A stretch of DNA of 64,000 bases from an uncultured Bacilli bacterium (GCA_910584085.1 CAJTZY010000007.1:8074-72073); one strand, 5' to 3'; positions 1 to 8,508 are shown, numbered from the stretch's first letter. Notes: generated from the letters alone by a model not told the origin. Translations and numbers: made by a program.

Positions 1-342
1 ATGTGTCCTGAAATCGAAAATCTATCAGATGAGGATATAGCAGCCAATATAAAGGTATTAAAGGATATAGATTGTTTAGATAGACATATAAGAAATATAT
101 TAATTTGTAATCCATTTTATTTGTATAGAAGTGTTGAAGATGTATTAAGTCTAATAAAAAAATTGCTTGAAATAGGTATGACAAATATTAATTTATTATT
201 TGATTCAAATCCATTTTTACTAAATAAAGATTCTTATGAAATTCAATATTATATTAATAAACAAATAAGTGCTGGTAAAACAATGGAAGATATAGTTGAT
301 GAAATAGATAGTAATCCATATATAATGGATGAAATAGGATAG
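1..342 (+). CDS. 3' end of a protein of unknown function (ORF open at window edge) built from ~33-aa helical repeats, mTERF-like by eye
   Basis: The frame is open from base 1 to TAG at 340-342. Three evenly spaced motifs (CNPFYLY, SNPFLLN, SNPYIMD) each follow a Leu/Ile-rich helix. It lies where xseA usually precedes xseB but does not resemble XseA. Confidence 0.5.
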   Translation: MCPEIENLSDEDIAANIKVLKDIDCLDRHIRNILICNPFYLYRSVEDVLSLIKKLLEIGMTNINLLFDSNPFLLNKDSYEIQYYINKQISAGKTMEDIVDEIDSNPYIMDEIG

Positions 343-351
343 GAGAAAAAT

Positions 352-576
352 ATGACAAAGGAAAAAGAAGTTAAATTTGAGGATAAAATAAAAGAACTTG
401 AGACAATTGTAAATGAACTAGAATCAGGAGATATTGATTTAGATTCCTCAATTGAAAAATATACTAAGGCTATGACTTTAGTAAAAGAATGTGACGAAAA
501 GTTAAAAAATGTTGAAGAGCAAGTAAATAAAATAGTTACAGAAAGCGGTAATTTAGAAAATTTTGAAGTAGAATAG
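352..576 (+). CDS. xseB: exodeoxyribonuclease VII small subunit
   Basis: A 74-aa acidic helical protein. The stretch FEDKIKELETIVNELESGDIDLDSSIEKYTKAMTLVKECDEKL matches the XseB family pattern. RBS aggag lies upstream of the ATG. Confidence 0.9.
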   Translation: MTKEKEVKFEDKIKELETIVNELESGDIDLDSSIEKYTKAMTLVKECDEKLKNVEEQVNKIVTESGNLENFEVE

Positions 577-582
577 ATAGTT

Positions 583-1176
583 ATGACAAATTCGGAAATT
601 GATAAATTATTAAAAATGTTAGATAAAAATGGTTTAGATGAAATTAGAACTTATTTAATTAGTGAAAAAAACAAAAAAACATCAGATTTAATACAAAGAA
701 AATTTGACGAATATATGAATACATATGTAGCTTTAAATGGTTCGCAAAACACATATATTTGTGATAATGAAGATAAAATTATATTTTCAAATGGAATAAG
801 CCTATATTATCTTAATAAAGATATAGTAAATATTAAATCATTAAAAATATGTAGAAATTCTAACTTGCAAAATACAATTAAAAGGTTGACAAGTAAACAG
901 TTATTACTTTTTGAAAAAAATATAAATTATCGCATAAGTAAATTAGTTTCAGTATTATTAAATCCTCAATATATGATACATAGGAATTTTCCATGTGCGG
1001 AGTTTTCAATTTTATTAGATGAAGCTAAAATTATTGAATTTTATTTTCAGGAAAAAGAAGTTGAAACTGCAGATATTTTATTAGATAATCCAAATTACAA
1101 AATGGATATATATAATCCTTTATTATATGGAGAAAGTAATAATGGGAAAGTATATATTTTAGGATTTAAAAATTAA
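583..1176 (+). CDS. hypothetical protein
   Basis: A 197-aa ORF starting 7 nt after xseB and ending at a terminator hairpin. No recognisable motif. Confidence 0.55.
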   Translation: MTNSEIDKLLKMLDKNGLDEIRTYLISEKNKKTSDLIQRKFDEYMNTYVALNGSQNTYICDNEDKIIFSNGISLYYLNKDIVNIKSLKICRNSNLQNTIKRLTSKQLLLFEKNINYRISKLVSVLLNPQYMIHRNFPCAEFSILLDEAKIIEFYFQEKEVETADILLDNPNYKMDIYNPLLYGESNNGKVYILGFKN

Positions 1177-1198
1177 TACCAATTTTGGTATTTTTTTC
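1176..1198 (+). terminator. intrinsic terminator after the xseB operon
   Basis: Hairpin ATACCAA/TTGGTAT followed by a run of 7 T. Confidence 0.5.
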
Positions 1199-1261
1199 AT
1201 TTTATAATTTTTATATTTTTTTTCATACTATAAATGTAGTCTATATAAAGGAGTTGTTTTT

Positions 1262-2251
1262 ATGTTTTTTAAATTTTTAAAAAAACAAACTCTAACAATT
1301 CTTCTAACATTACTTATTATTCCACAAACTATATTTGCCTATTCAGATGAAATAATTGCAGGAGGAGATACTGTTGGTATTAAACTTAATACAGATGGAA
1401 TACTAATAGTAGGCTCATATGAAATAAATGGTCATAATCCACTAATAGAAGCTGGTTTAAAGTCTGGAGATGTAATTTCTCAAATAAATAATAATGATGT
1501 TCAGACAGTGGAAAAAATGGTAGAAATAATAAACTCTTGTAATTGTAAAAGTTTAAATATTTCTTATATCAGAGATGAGAAAACAAAAAATACAACATTA
1601 GATTTATACGAGGATAATGGAGTTTTAAAGACTGGACTATATGTTAAAGATTCAATATCTGGAGTTGGGACACTTACTTTTATAGATCCTAATACTAATT
1701 TATTTGGTGTTTTAGGTCATGAAATAGTGGATACTAATACTGGTGAGATTATTGATATTAAAGATGGTACAATATTTGACTCTAAAATAACTGGAATAAC
1801 TAGAAGTAGTAAAGGAAATCCAGGAGAAAAAAATGCAGTACTTTATAGTGATAAAGTAAATGGAGAAATTTATGAAAATACCAATAAAGGTATATTTGGT
1901 AAATATACTAGTGAGATTGATTCCTCTAAATTATATAAAGTAGCAAATATTGATGATATAAAAATAGGAGATGCCAAAATCCTGACTGTTTTAAATGGTA
2001 CAGAAGTTGGAGAGTTTTCTATAAAAATATTATCAGTTAATAAAACTTCAAATAAACTTAAAAATATAGAATTTGAAATAACAGATAAAAATTTGTTAGA
2101 TAAAACAAATGGTATAGTTCAAGGAATGAGTGGTAGTCCAATAATACAGGGGGATTATATAATAGGTGCGGTGACACATGTTGTTGTTGAAGATCCACAT
2201 AGAGGATATGGTATACTTATAACAAATATGTTAGAAGAAGCAGAAAACTAG
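1262..2251 (+). CDS. spoIVB: SpoIVB peptidase (S55), sporulation signalling serine protease
   Basis: N-terminal signal/anchor, a PDZ-like segment (GLKSGDVISQINNNDV), a His motif (VLGHEIVD) and a catalytic Ser motif (GMSGSPI). Length of 329 aa is typical. Confidence 0.9.
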   Translation: MFFKFLKKQTLTILLTLLIIPQTIFAYSDEIIAGGDTVGIKLNTDGILIVGSYEINGHNPLIEAGLKSGDVISQINNNDVQTVEKMVEIINSCNCKSLNISYIRDEKTKNTTLDLYEDNGVLKTGLYVKDSISGVGTLTFIDPNTNLFGVLGHEIVDTNTGEIIDIKDGTIFDSKITGITRSSKGNPGEKNAVLYSDKVNGEIYENTNKGIFGKYTSEIDSSKLYKVANIDDIKIGDAKILTVLNGTEVGEFSIKILSVNKTSNKLKNIEFEITDKNLLDKTNGIVQGMSGSPIIQGDYIIGAVTHVVVEDPHRGYGILITNMLEEAEN

Positions 2252-2268
2252 AAAGTTCTAGTTTTTTT
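2246..2268 (+). terminator. intrinsic terminator after spoIVB
   Basis: Hairpin AACTAGAA/TTCTAGTT spanning the stop codon, then TTTTT. Confidence 0.5.
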
Positions 2269-2337
2269 GCATGATTATTAGACATTTATATATTTTTTAT
2301 CTATAATAATTCCATATATATTTAAGGAGTATTAGAA

Positions 2338-3570
2338 ATGAAAGAGGACGTAGAATATTATAATTCTGAAAATAATAAACTATTGAAAGCTATAAAAAAT
2401 TATATTGATAATAAGATTACCGATGTTTTAATTTACGAAGATGCTATTCGCGAATTTTCAAAACTTATTAATTTTTTAAATGTCCTAAACTATAGTGGTG
2501 ACCTAGATGCTTTAATTTTAGAAAATAGGAAAGTTGAAAATATAGTAAAGATTATTGTATATGAGAATTATGAATTGATAAAAAAGGGTAAAACAGGTGA
2601 ATTGTTTAAAGATAATATATCTATTTCATTAATTGAAAATTATTGTATACTTAATAATATATACATAAGTACAGCTGGATACGAAACAAATACTTCAACA
2701 TCATACATAAATTTCATTGATAAAATTCCTTTATTACCTGAAAATGTAAAAAATGAATTATTTATTGAATATAAGAACGGTGATGAAACTGCTAAAGATA
2801 AATTAATTAAATCAAATTTGAGATTAGTAATTAGTATTGCAAAAACATATACTAATAAATGTAAGATGGAGTTTATGGATATTGTTCAAGAAGGAAATAG
2901 GGGATTAATAAAAGCAGTTGAAAATTATGACATTAATAAAAACTCTAGATTTTCTACATATGCTTTTACGATAATCAGAAGACATATAAATCGTGCGATA
3001 ATGAAGTATGATAGAATTGTAAGAATTCCTGAGTATTTGCTTAGGGAGATGAGAGTTTACTATTCTAAAAAGGAAATATTAGAACAAAATGCTGGAAGAG
3101 AGTTATCGTATTCTGAACTTGCAAATATGTTCAATATTTCAACAGATAAGGTTAGAGAATATGAAACATTAAGGAATGATGCAAAAAGCTTAAATACGGT
3201 TATATTTGAGGGAGAACACCATGATGACCAAGAACTTGAAGAATTCATTCCATCAGATGCACTAACAGTAGAGGAGAGATTTGAGACTAAAATATTCAGT
3301 GAGGAAGTTTCAAAATTATTATTAAATAGTAATCTAACAAATAATGAAAAGAAGGTTGTTGTATATAGATATGGTATGAATAAAAAATTAGCTGAAATAG
3401 GTAAAATATTAAATATTACTCATCAGAGAGTTAAACAAATTGAAACCTCTGCATTAGATAAACTAAGGAATAATAATGCTACTAAATCATTAGCAGTTTA
3501 TCTAAATAATGAAGAAAAAGCATTAAACAATTTAAAAGAGTTAAAAAAAATAAAAAACCCTAAAAAGTGA
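2338..3570 (+). CDS. sigma-70 family sigma factor, SigA-derived paralogue with ~125-aa novel N-terminal extension
   Basis: Region 2 reads SNLRLVISIAKTY...IVQEGNRGLIKAVENYD...FSTYAFTIIRRHINRAI. Region 4.2 reads LAEIGKILNITHQRVKQIETSALDKLR. The canonical WWIRQ of SigA is replaced by TIIRR. Confidence 0.85.
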   Translation: MKEDVEYYNSENNKLLKAIKNYIDNKITDVLIYEDAIREFSKLINFLNVLNYSGDLDALILENRKVENIVKIIVYENYELIKKGKTGELFKDNISISLIENYCILNNIYISTAGYETNTSTSYINFIDKIPLLPENVKNELFIEYKNGDETAKDKLIKSNLRLVISIAKTYTNKCKMEFMDIVQEGNRGLIKAVENYDINKNSRFSTYAFTIIRRHINRAIMKYDRIVRIPEYLLREMRVYYSKKEILEQNAGRELSYSELANMFNISTDKVREYETLRNDAKSLNTVIFEGEHHDDQELEEFIPSDALTVEERFETKIFSEEVSKLLLNSNLTNNEKKVVVYRYGMNKKLAEIGKILNITHQRVKQIETSALDKLRNNNATKSLAVYLNNEEKALNNLKELKKIKNPKK

Positions 3571-3634
3571 AACATATATAAGAATTAATATAATTGTTTA
3601 AACATCATATTATAAATTATAGAAGGTGTAAAAA

Positions 3635-4567
3635 ATGAGAAATAATAATAAAACTAAATATACAGAAGATTTGCTTTACAAATATATAAATTCCTTAGAT
3701 AAGATACCATTATTAACTGTTGATGAAGAAAAAGAATTATTTATAAAATATAAAAATGGTGATGAAACTGTAAAAAACAAATTAATTGAATCAAATTTAA
3801 GATTAGTAGTTAATATTGCAAGATCATATGTAGGTAAAAGCAATTTAAAACTTATGGATATTATTCAAGAGGGCAATTGGGGATTAATAAAAGCAGTTGA
3901 AAATTATGATGTAAGTAAGGGCTATAAATTTTCTACATATGCAACTATAACTATAGTAAGGAAAATCGATGTTGCTATTTCAAAATTTGATAAAAGTGTT
4001 TCTATCCCATCGTCTTTCTTTAAAAGATTAAAAAAATATTTGGGGGATAGGGATAAAATTCAACAGAAATTTGGTATTGATTTATCTTTAGAAGAAATTT
4101 CAGAGTTGTTGGATATTTCACTTGATGATATAGGACTATTTGATTCCCTTTTAAAAGATTCTGTTGGTTTAAAAGAAATAATTACAAAAAAGGGTGTTAA
4201 GGAAACAAAAACGGCAGATAATGTATCTTATGAAAATATTCTGCCAGATAATAAACCATTAATAGAAGAAATAACTATAGAGCGTATGATGCAAAGAGAT
4301 GTTAGAAGATTGATGAATAATTCAAATCTTACATATAATGAATTTATAACTATTATGTATAGATATGGAATGGATAAAACTTTATCAGAGGTTGGGTAAA
4401 TACTTAAAGTTACAAAAGAGAGAATTAGACAAATCGAAAAAAGTCTACTAGATAAGTTAAGAATAAATGATGATACTATAAATTTTGCAGTATATATGGA
4501 TGATGAAGAACAAGCAGTAAAAAAATTAATTATGTATAGACAAAAAATATTAAGTAAGAAAAAATAG
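3635..4567 (+). pseudogene. second SigA-derived sigma paralogue interrupted by an in-frame TAA (4397-4399) inside region 4.2
   Basis: The ORF 3635..4399 ends ...YRYGMDKTLSEVG*. The same frame continues ILKVTKERIRQIEKSLLDKLR... to TAG at 4565-4567. The stop aligns with a Lys (AAA) in the upstream paralogue (LAEIGKILNITHQRVKQIE). Confidence 0.7.
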
Positions 4568-4619
4568 ATTAAACTATTTTTTTTATATTCTAAATTTGAT
4601 ACAATAATTGTGTGATATT

Positions 4620-5426
4620 ATGAAGAAATTTAAAAAGATTTATGTAGAAATAACTAACGCGTGCAATTTAAATTGTAATTTTTGTATTAAAAATAAAAGG
4701 AAAATCAGGTATTTAACTAAAAATGAATTTATAAATCTATTAGATAAAATTAAAGATTATACAGATTTTTTATATTTTCATGTATTAGGTGAACCATTAC
4801 TCCATCCAAATATAAATGAATTTATAGATATTGCTAGTACTAATTTCAAGATAAATATAACAACAAATGGGTATCTTATTAGCAAAATAAAGAATAATAA
4901 AAATATTAGGCAAATTAATATCTCACTACATAGTTTTAATGATAAATATAATATTAAACTAAAAGATTATTTAGATAATATATTTAATGCTATAGATATT
5001 TTAAAAAATAGTAGTACTTATATTTCACTTAGATTATGGGTAAAAAACAAATATAATAACGATATTATAGATTATATTAATGATAGATATAATATAAATA
5101 TAGACTATAGCGTAGAAAACTGTAGTATTGGTAATAACATATTTATAAATAATTTCCATGAATTTATTTGGCCTGATTTAAATAATTCATATTATAATGA
5201 AACTGGTACTTGCTATGCTCTAATAGATCACATCGGAATACTTGTAGATGGAACTATAATTCCTTGTTGCTTAGATAGTATGGGAGTAATAAATTTGGGG
5301 AATATATATCAAAATGATTTAAATGATATATTAATGAGTGATAGAGTTAAAAATATGATACATGGATTTAAGGATAACAAGAAATATGAAGATTTATGTT
5401 GTCACTGTAAATTTATTGAAAAATAA
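4620..5426 (+). CDS. radical SAM protein with C-terminal SPASM-like Cys cluster
   Basis: CxxxCxxC motif (ITNACNLNCNFC) near the N-terminus and C-terminal cysteines (IPCCLD...LCCHCKF). ATG at 4620 is preferred over the track start at 4608. Confidence 0.8.
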   Translation: MKKFKKIYVEITNACNLNCNFCIKNKRKIRYLTKNEFINLLDKIKDYTDFLYFHVLGEPLLHPNINEFIDIASTNFKINITTNGYLISKIKNNKNIRQINISLHSFNDKYNIKLKDYLDNIFNAIDILKNSSTYISLRLWVKNKYNNDIIDYINDRYNINIDYSVENCSIGNNIFINNFHEFIWPDLNNSYYNETGTCYALIDHIGILVDGTIIPCCLDSMGVINLGNIYQNDLNDILMSDRVKNMIHGFKDNKKYEDLCCHCKFIEK

Positions 5427-5489
5427 AATTTGGTTATAGTATTGCTAATTAAATTTTTATATGTTATATTTTTGTTGGAGGTAATATAT

Positions 5490-5891
5490 ATGCTAAAAGA
5501 ATTTAAAAAATTTATTTCTAAAGGAAATGTTGTAGATCTTGCAGTAGGTGTTGTAATAGGTGGTGCATTTGGCAAAATAGTAAGTTCACTTGTAGATAAT
5601 ATTATAATGCCACTTGTTGGAATGATTATAGGTGGAATTGATTTTACAAATCTTTATTTTAAAATTAATGATGCTAAAATTGAATATGGAATATTTATAC
5701 AAAATGTAGTTGACTTTTTGATAGTTGCCTTCTGTATATTTATAGCTATAAAAGCATTTAATAAATTGATGCATAAGGAAGAGAAGAAAGAAGAAAAAAA
5801 GGAATCTATAAAATCAGATGAGGTTATTCTTTTAGAGGAGATAAGAGATTTAATGAAAAAGAATAACAAAAAAGAAAAGAAGAGTAAATAG
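5490..5891 (+). CDS. mscL: large-conductance mechanosensitive channel
   Basis: The N-terminus [44 protein letters not shown] is the MscL signature. RBS ggaggt lies 8 nt upstream of ATG 5490, so the track start at 5430 is probably too long. Confidence 0.9.
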   Translation: MLKEFKKFISKGNVVDLAVGVVIGGAFGKIVSSLVDNIIMPLVGMIIGGIDFTNLYFKINDAKIEYGIFIQNVVDFLIVAFCIFIAIKAFNKLMHKEEKKEEKKESIKSDEVILLEEIRDLMKKNNKKEKKSK

Positions 5892-5910
5892 TTAAAAAAT
5901 TTATAGTATC

Positions 5911-5940
5911 AAAAAAACAGTAGGGGTTCTTACTGTTTTT
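5911..5940. terminator. bidirectional intrinsic terminator
   Basis: Hairpin ACAGTA-GGGGTTCT-TACTGT flanked by an A-run upstream and a T-run downstream. It lies between convergent mscL and a small minus-strand ORF. Confidence 0.6.
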
Positions 5941-5969
5941 AATTCGTTTAATAAAAGTTTTTTATTATA

Positions 5970-6053
5970 TTATGCAAATATAACTAAGATACCAGATGCT
6001 ACCATAGCAAGTATTAAAATAATTACTATTATTTTTTGTATTTTTGTACTCAT
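5970..6053 (-). CDS. possible 27-aa hydrophobic micro-protein (MSTKIQKIIVIILILAMVASGILVIFA)
   Basis: ATG is preceded by gaggtg. The peptide has a single predicted TM helix and ends next to the bidirectional terminator. It is below the ORF-track length cut-off. Confidence 0.25.
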   Translation of the reverse strand: MSTKIQKIIVIILILAMVASGILVIFA

Positions 6054-6144
6054 TATTACACCTCACTAAAATAATTATAATATATTTTATAAAAAAATGG
6101 AATAAAAAAATATTTTGATAATAGAATTAGGTAGAGGCGATATA

Positions 6145-6774
6145 ATGAAAAAAATAATGGACAAACTATTAAATAATATAAGATTTGATAAAAGATATGT
6201 ATTATTTTCAGTAGTATTAGTAATACTTGGCATAATTACAGGATCTATTTTTGTGGTTATATTAAATAGTACTGATAAATCACTAGTTATTGAGTATATA
6301 ACTTCATTTGTGGATACTATTAAAGTTAATAAATTCAATTATGTTGATACTTTTAAAAATACTATTATTATAAATTATTCTATACTGTTAATATTATCAG
6401 TGGTAGGTTTTTCATATTTTTTAGTACCAATAAATATATTAATTTTATTTTATAAAGCATTTATTATAGGATTCAGTTTATCTTCGTTTGTACTAACTTA
6501 TAAAATAAAGGGGTTATTATTAAGTATATTATATATATTCCCACATTTAATAATAAATATCTTAATATTTTCACTCTTAGTTGCATTCACTATCAAATTG
6601 TCATTAAGTATGATCAAATGTATTATAAGAAAAAAACAAGTCAATATGAGGATGTATTTTAATAAATATTTTAATACTTTAATTCTTTTCATGATACTTA
6701 TAACTATAAGTACATTATATGAATCTTTTATCGCACCATTTATATTAAAATTTATGATTAATATATTAATATAA
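6145..6774 (+). CDS. spoIIM: stage II sporulation protein M-like membrane protein
   Basis: About 210 aa and polytopic. The C-terminal LYESFIAPFILKFM resembles the SpoIIM ...LFEAFISPSLMK ending. The start is taken at MKKIMDK (6145). Confidence 0.7.
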   Translation: MKKIMDKLLNNIRFDKRYVLFSVVLVILGIITGSIFVVILNSTDKSLVIEYITSFVDTIKVNKFNYVDTFKNTIIINYSILLILSVVGFSYFLVPINILILFYKAFIIGFSLSSFVLTYKIKGLLLSILYIFPHLIINILIFSLLVAFTIKLSLSMIKCIIRKKQVNMRMYFNKYFNTLILFMILITISTLYESFIAPFILKFMINILI

Positions 6775-6799
6775 ATTATTCTTTACCTCTACTTTACAC

Positions 6800-6827
6800 T
6801 TGACAAATGTAAATATTATGATAAAAT
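6800..6827 (+). promoter_or_regulatory. putative SigA-type promoter with extended -10
   Basis: TTGACA (6800-6805), a 16-nt spacer, then TGaTAAAAT (6819-6827), about 20 nt upstream of the RBS ggaggg of the 6848 ORF. Confidence 0.4.
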
Positions 6828-6847
6828 TATAATAGGAGGGTAAAAGA

Positions 6848-7648
6848 ATGGAAACTAAATTATCTGATTTATTACGTGAACTTGGGATTTCTAAAGTAAA
6901 ATTAGCTAAGTTTTTAGGGGTTTCTAGACAGATGATATATAATTATTTAGAGCTAGATGATATAAATAAATGGCCAAAAGATAAAAAAGTCTTGTTATTG
7001 AACTTATTTGGTGTTAAAAACCCTGAAGATCTTGATAACATAAAGGTTGATACTGATTATATTACAGAGGTAGAATTAAAATTAAATAGCTTATGCAGTA
7101 CAAATAGTGAAGAGGATAGGGGAGTAACGAACGAAATTTTTAGTGGCGTAAGTCCTAAAAATCAAGAATTATTCATAGGAGTTATGGATTTAATTAAAGA
7201 ATATTTAGAAGATAATGGTAAGGAGGGAATTAATGTAGTTAATTACTTTTATCATTATTTACAGGCTATTAATAATACAAAGGAGTTAAAGTATATTTTA
7301 GCGTATGTAGCAAAAGAAACTGGATTTGAAAAACCTATGGAATTCGTATTTGAGGAAGATGAACAATTTATATTTGAAAGTGTTATGTTCTCTGCTATGG
7401 TACTTTATAGAAGTGGTAAAGCGTCAAAAAGTAAATTAGCTGAATCTCATAGAAGATTTGTTAATCAAATTGAACAAAAAATGGAAGATAAATTAAGTAG
7501 AACTATGGAACTTAATAATGTTAAAGTTCAAGCTTTAAAAGAACTTGGATATACAGAAATAAATGAAAATAATGCTTCAGAAGTATTTGAAAAAATAGCT
7601 GAAATTCAATCTAGAAAAACTGCATTTAGAAAAATAGATGAAGAGTAA
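6848..7648 (+). CDS. XRE-type helix-turn-helix protein with uncharacterised ~200-aa C-terminal domain
   Basis: The N-terminus LSDLLRELGISKVKLAKFLGVSRQMIYNYL is a classic HTH_XRE pattern. The rest has no recognisable motif. Confidence 0.7.
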   Translation: METKLSDLLRELGISKVKLAKFLGVSRQMIYNYLELDDINKWPKDKKVLLLNLFGVKNPEDLDNIKVDTDYITEVELKLNSLCSTNSEEDRGVTNEIFSGVSPKNQELFIGVMDLIKEYLEDNGKEGINVVNYFYHYLQAINNTKELKYILAYVAKETGFEKPMEFVFEEDEQFIFESVMFSAMVLYRSGKASKSKLAESHRRFVNQIEQKMEDKLSRTMELNNVKVQALKELGYTEINENNASEVFEKIAEIQSRKTAFRKIDEE

Positions 7649-8073
7649 TTTCGTCTATTTTTTAGTACACTTCCCCTACTGTTATTTTTTTCTAATAAAA
7701 GGGGAGTTTATTATCTAGTTTAAAATAGGAAATAAGATGAAGAGTTAATCATAAAATGTATTCTCGATTGCTTAAAATGAATCTAGTATAGTATATAGAT
7801 ATTAGATAGTAAATTAGATAATTTGTAATGATAATTCGATTTTTCAAATTAGAAAAGATTACATCTTAGTATCTAGCAAACTTAGTGGCGCATCATTCAT
7901 ATTAGATGTATGACTAATAAATGTTATCATTTTATGTGATTAATTATATATAAATTTAAAATAACAAAATATCCGATAATATATATTATGTTAACTTCTT
8001 ATTATGGATTGAAACTTTATACATTATTGTATATAAAAAAACATTTTGTTAATAATATTAATGGGTGATTTAA

Positions 8074-8196
8074 ATGAAAAGAAGTAAACAAGAATCTATG
8101 AATTCAAAAAGTAATAGTATGAATAAGACTAATACTACATCATCTAGTTCAAAATCTAATAATGCTAGATCAAATTCAAGCATAGATTGTAAATAA
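8074..8196 (+). CDS. possible 40-aa Ser/Asn-rich hydrophilic micro-protein
   Basis: ATG is preceded by gggtga. The product is MKRSKQESMNSKSNSMNKTNTTSSSSKSNNARSNSSIDCK, and a terminator hairpin follows immediately. Confidence 0.3.
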   Translation: MKRSKQESMNSKSNSMNKTNTTSSSSKSNNARSNSSIDCK

Positions 8197-8204
8197 CCCA
8201 CAAT

Positions 8205-8233
8205 AAAAGAGATTGTTAAATATCTCTTTTTTG
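8205..8233. terminator. intrinsic terminator between convergent genes
   Basis: Hairpin AAAGAGAT/ATCTCTTT followed by a T-run. It overlaps the 3' end of the TSCPD gene on the other strand. Confidence 0.5.
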
Positions 8234-8476
8234 TTTATATTCTTTTAAAGCATTAGAAATTTGATCTGGACAAGAAGTAGATTTATATCCACATTTAATA
8301 CCATCTAACTTGCTAATTATATAATCAATATTTTGATTTTGGCAAAGGGACCTTACTCCTAAACTATTTCCTGGACAACCCCCTATTACTTTTATATCAA
8401 TAATTGTCTCGCCATCTATCTCAAATATCATTTTGGATGAACAGACTCCTTTAGGTATATATTCATAAGTTTTCAT
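8216..8476 (-). CDS. TSCPD-domain small protein (TIGR03905-like, Cys-rich)
   Basis: An 86-aa protein with motifs GGCPGNSLG and KSTSCPDQ. Confidence 0.8.
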   Translation of the reverse strand: MKTYEYIPKGVCSSKMIFEIDGETIIDIKVIGGCPGNSLGVRSLCQNQNIDYIISKLDGIKCGYKSTSCPDQISNALKEYKQKRDI

Positions 8477-8508
8477 AACTACCTCCCACTCCCCTATTCT
8501 ATCATGTA

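Noticed and set aside
4397-4399. Whether the in-frame TAA reflects an alternative genetic code (stop-codon reassignment).
   Set aside because: TAA terminates many obviously complete genes in this window at the expected family lengths, for example mscL and trmK. TGA and TAG also act as stops, as in pilC and spoIVB respectively. A global reassignment is therefore not supported.
4620-5426. Whether the radical SAM/SPASM gene is the core of a RiPP cluster.
   Set aside because: No short precursor-like ORF, peptidase or dedicated exporter is adjacent. It is flanked by the sigma pseudogene and mscL, so there is too little evidence to call a biosynthetic cluster.
6087-6692. Minus-strand ORFs 6087-6338 and 6498-6692 overlapping spoIIM.
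   Set aside because: They are shadow ORFs of an AT-rich membrane-protein gene, with no RBS and no independent termination signal.
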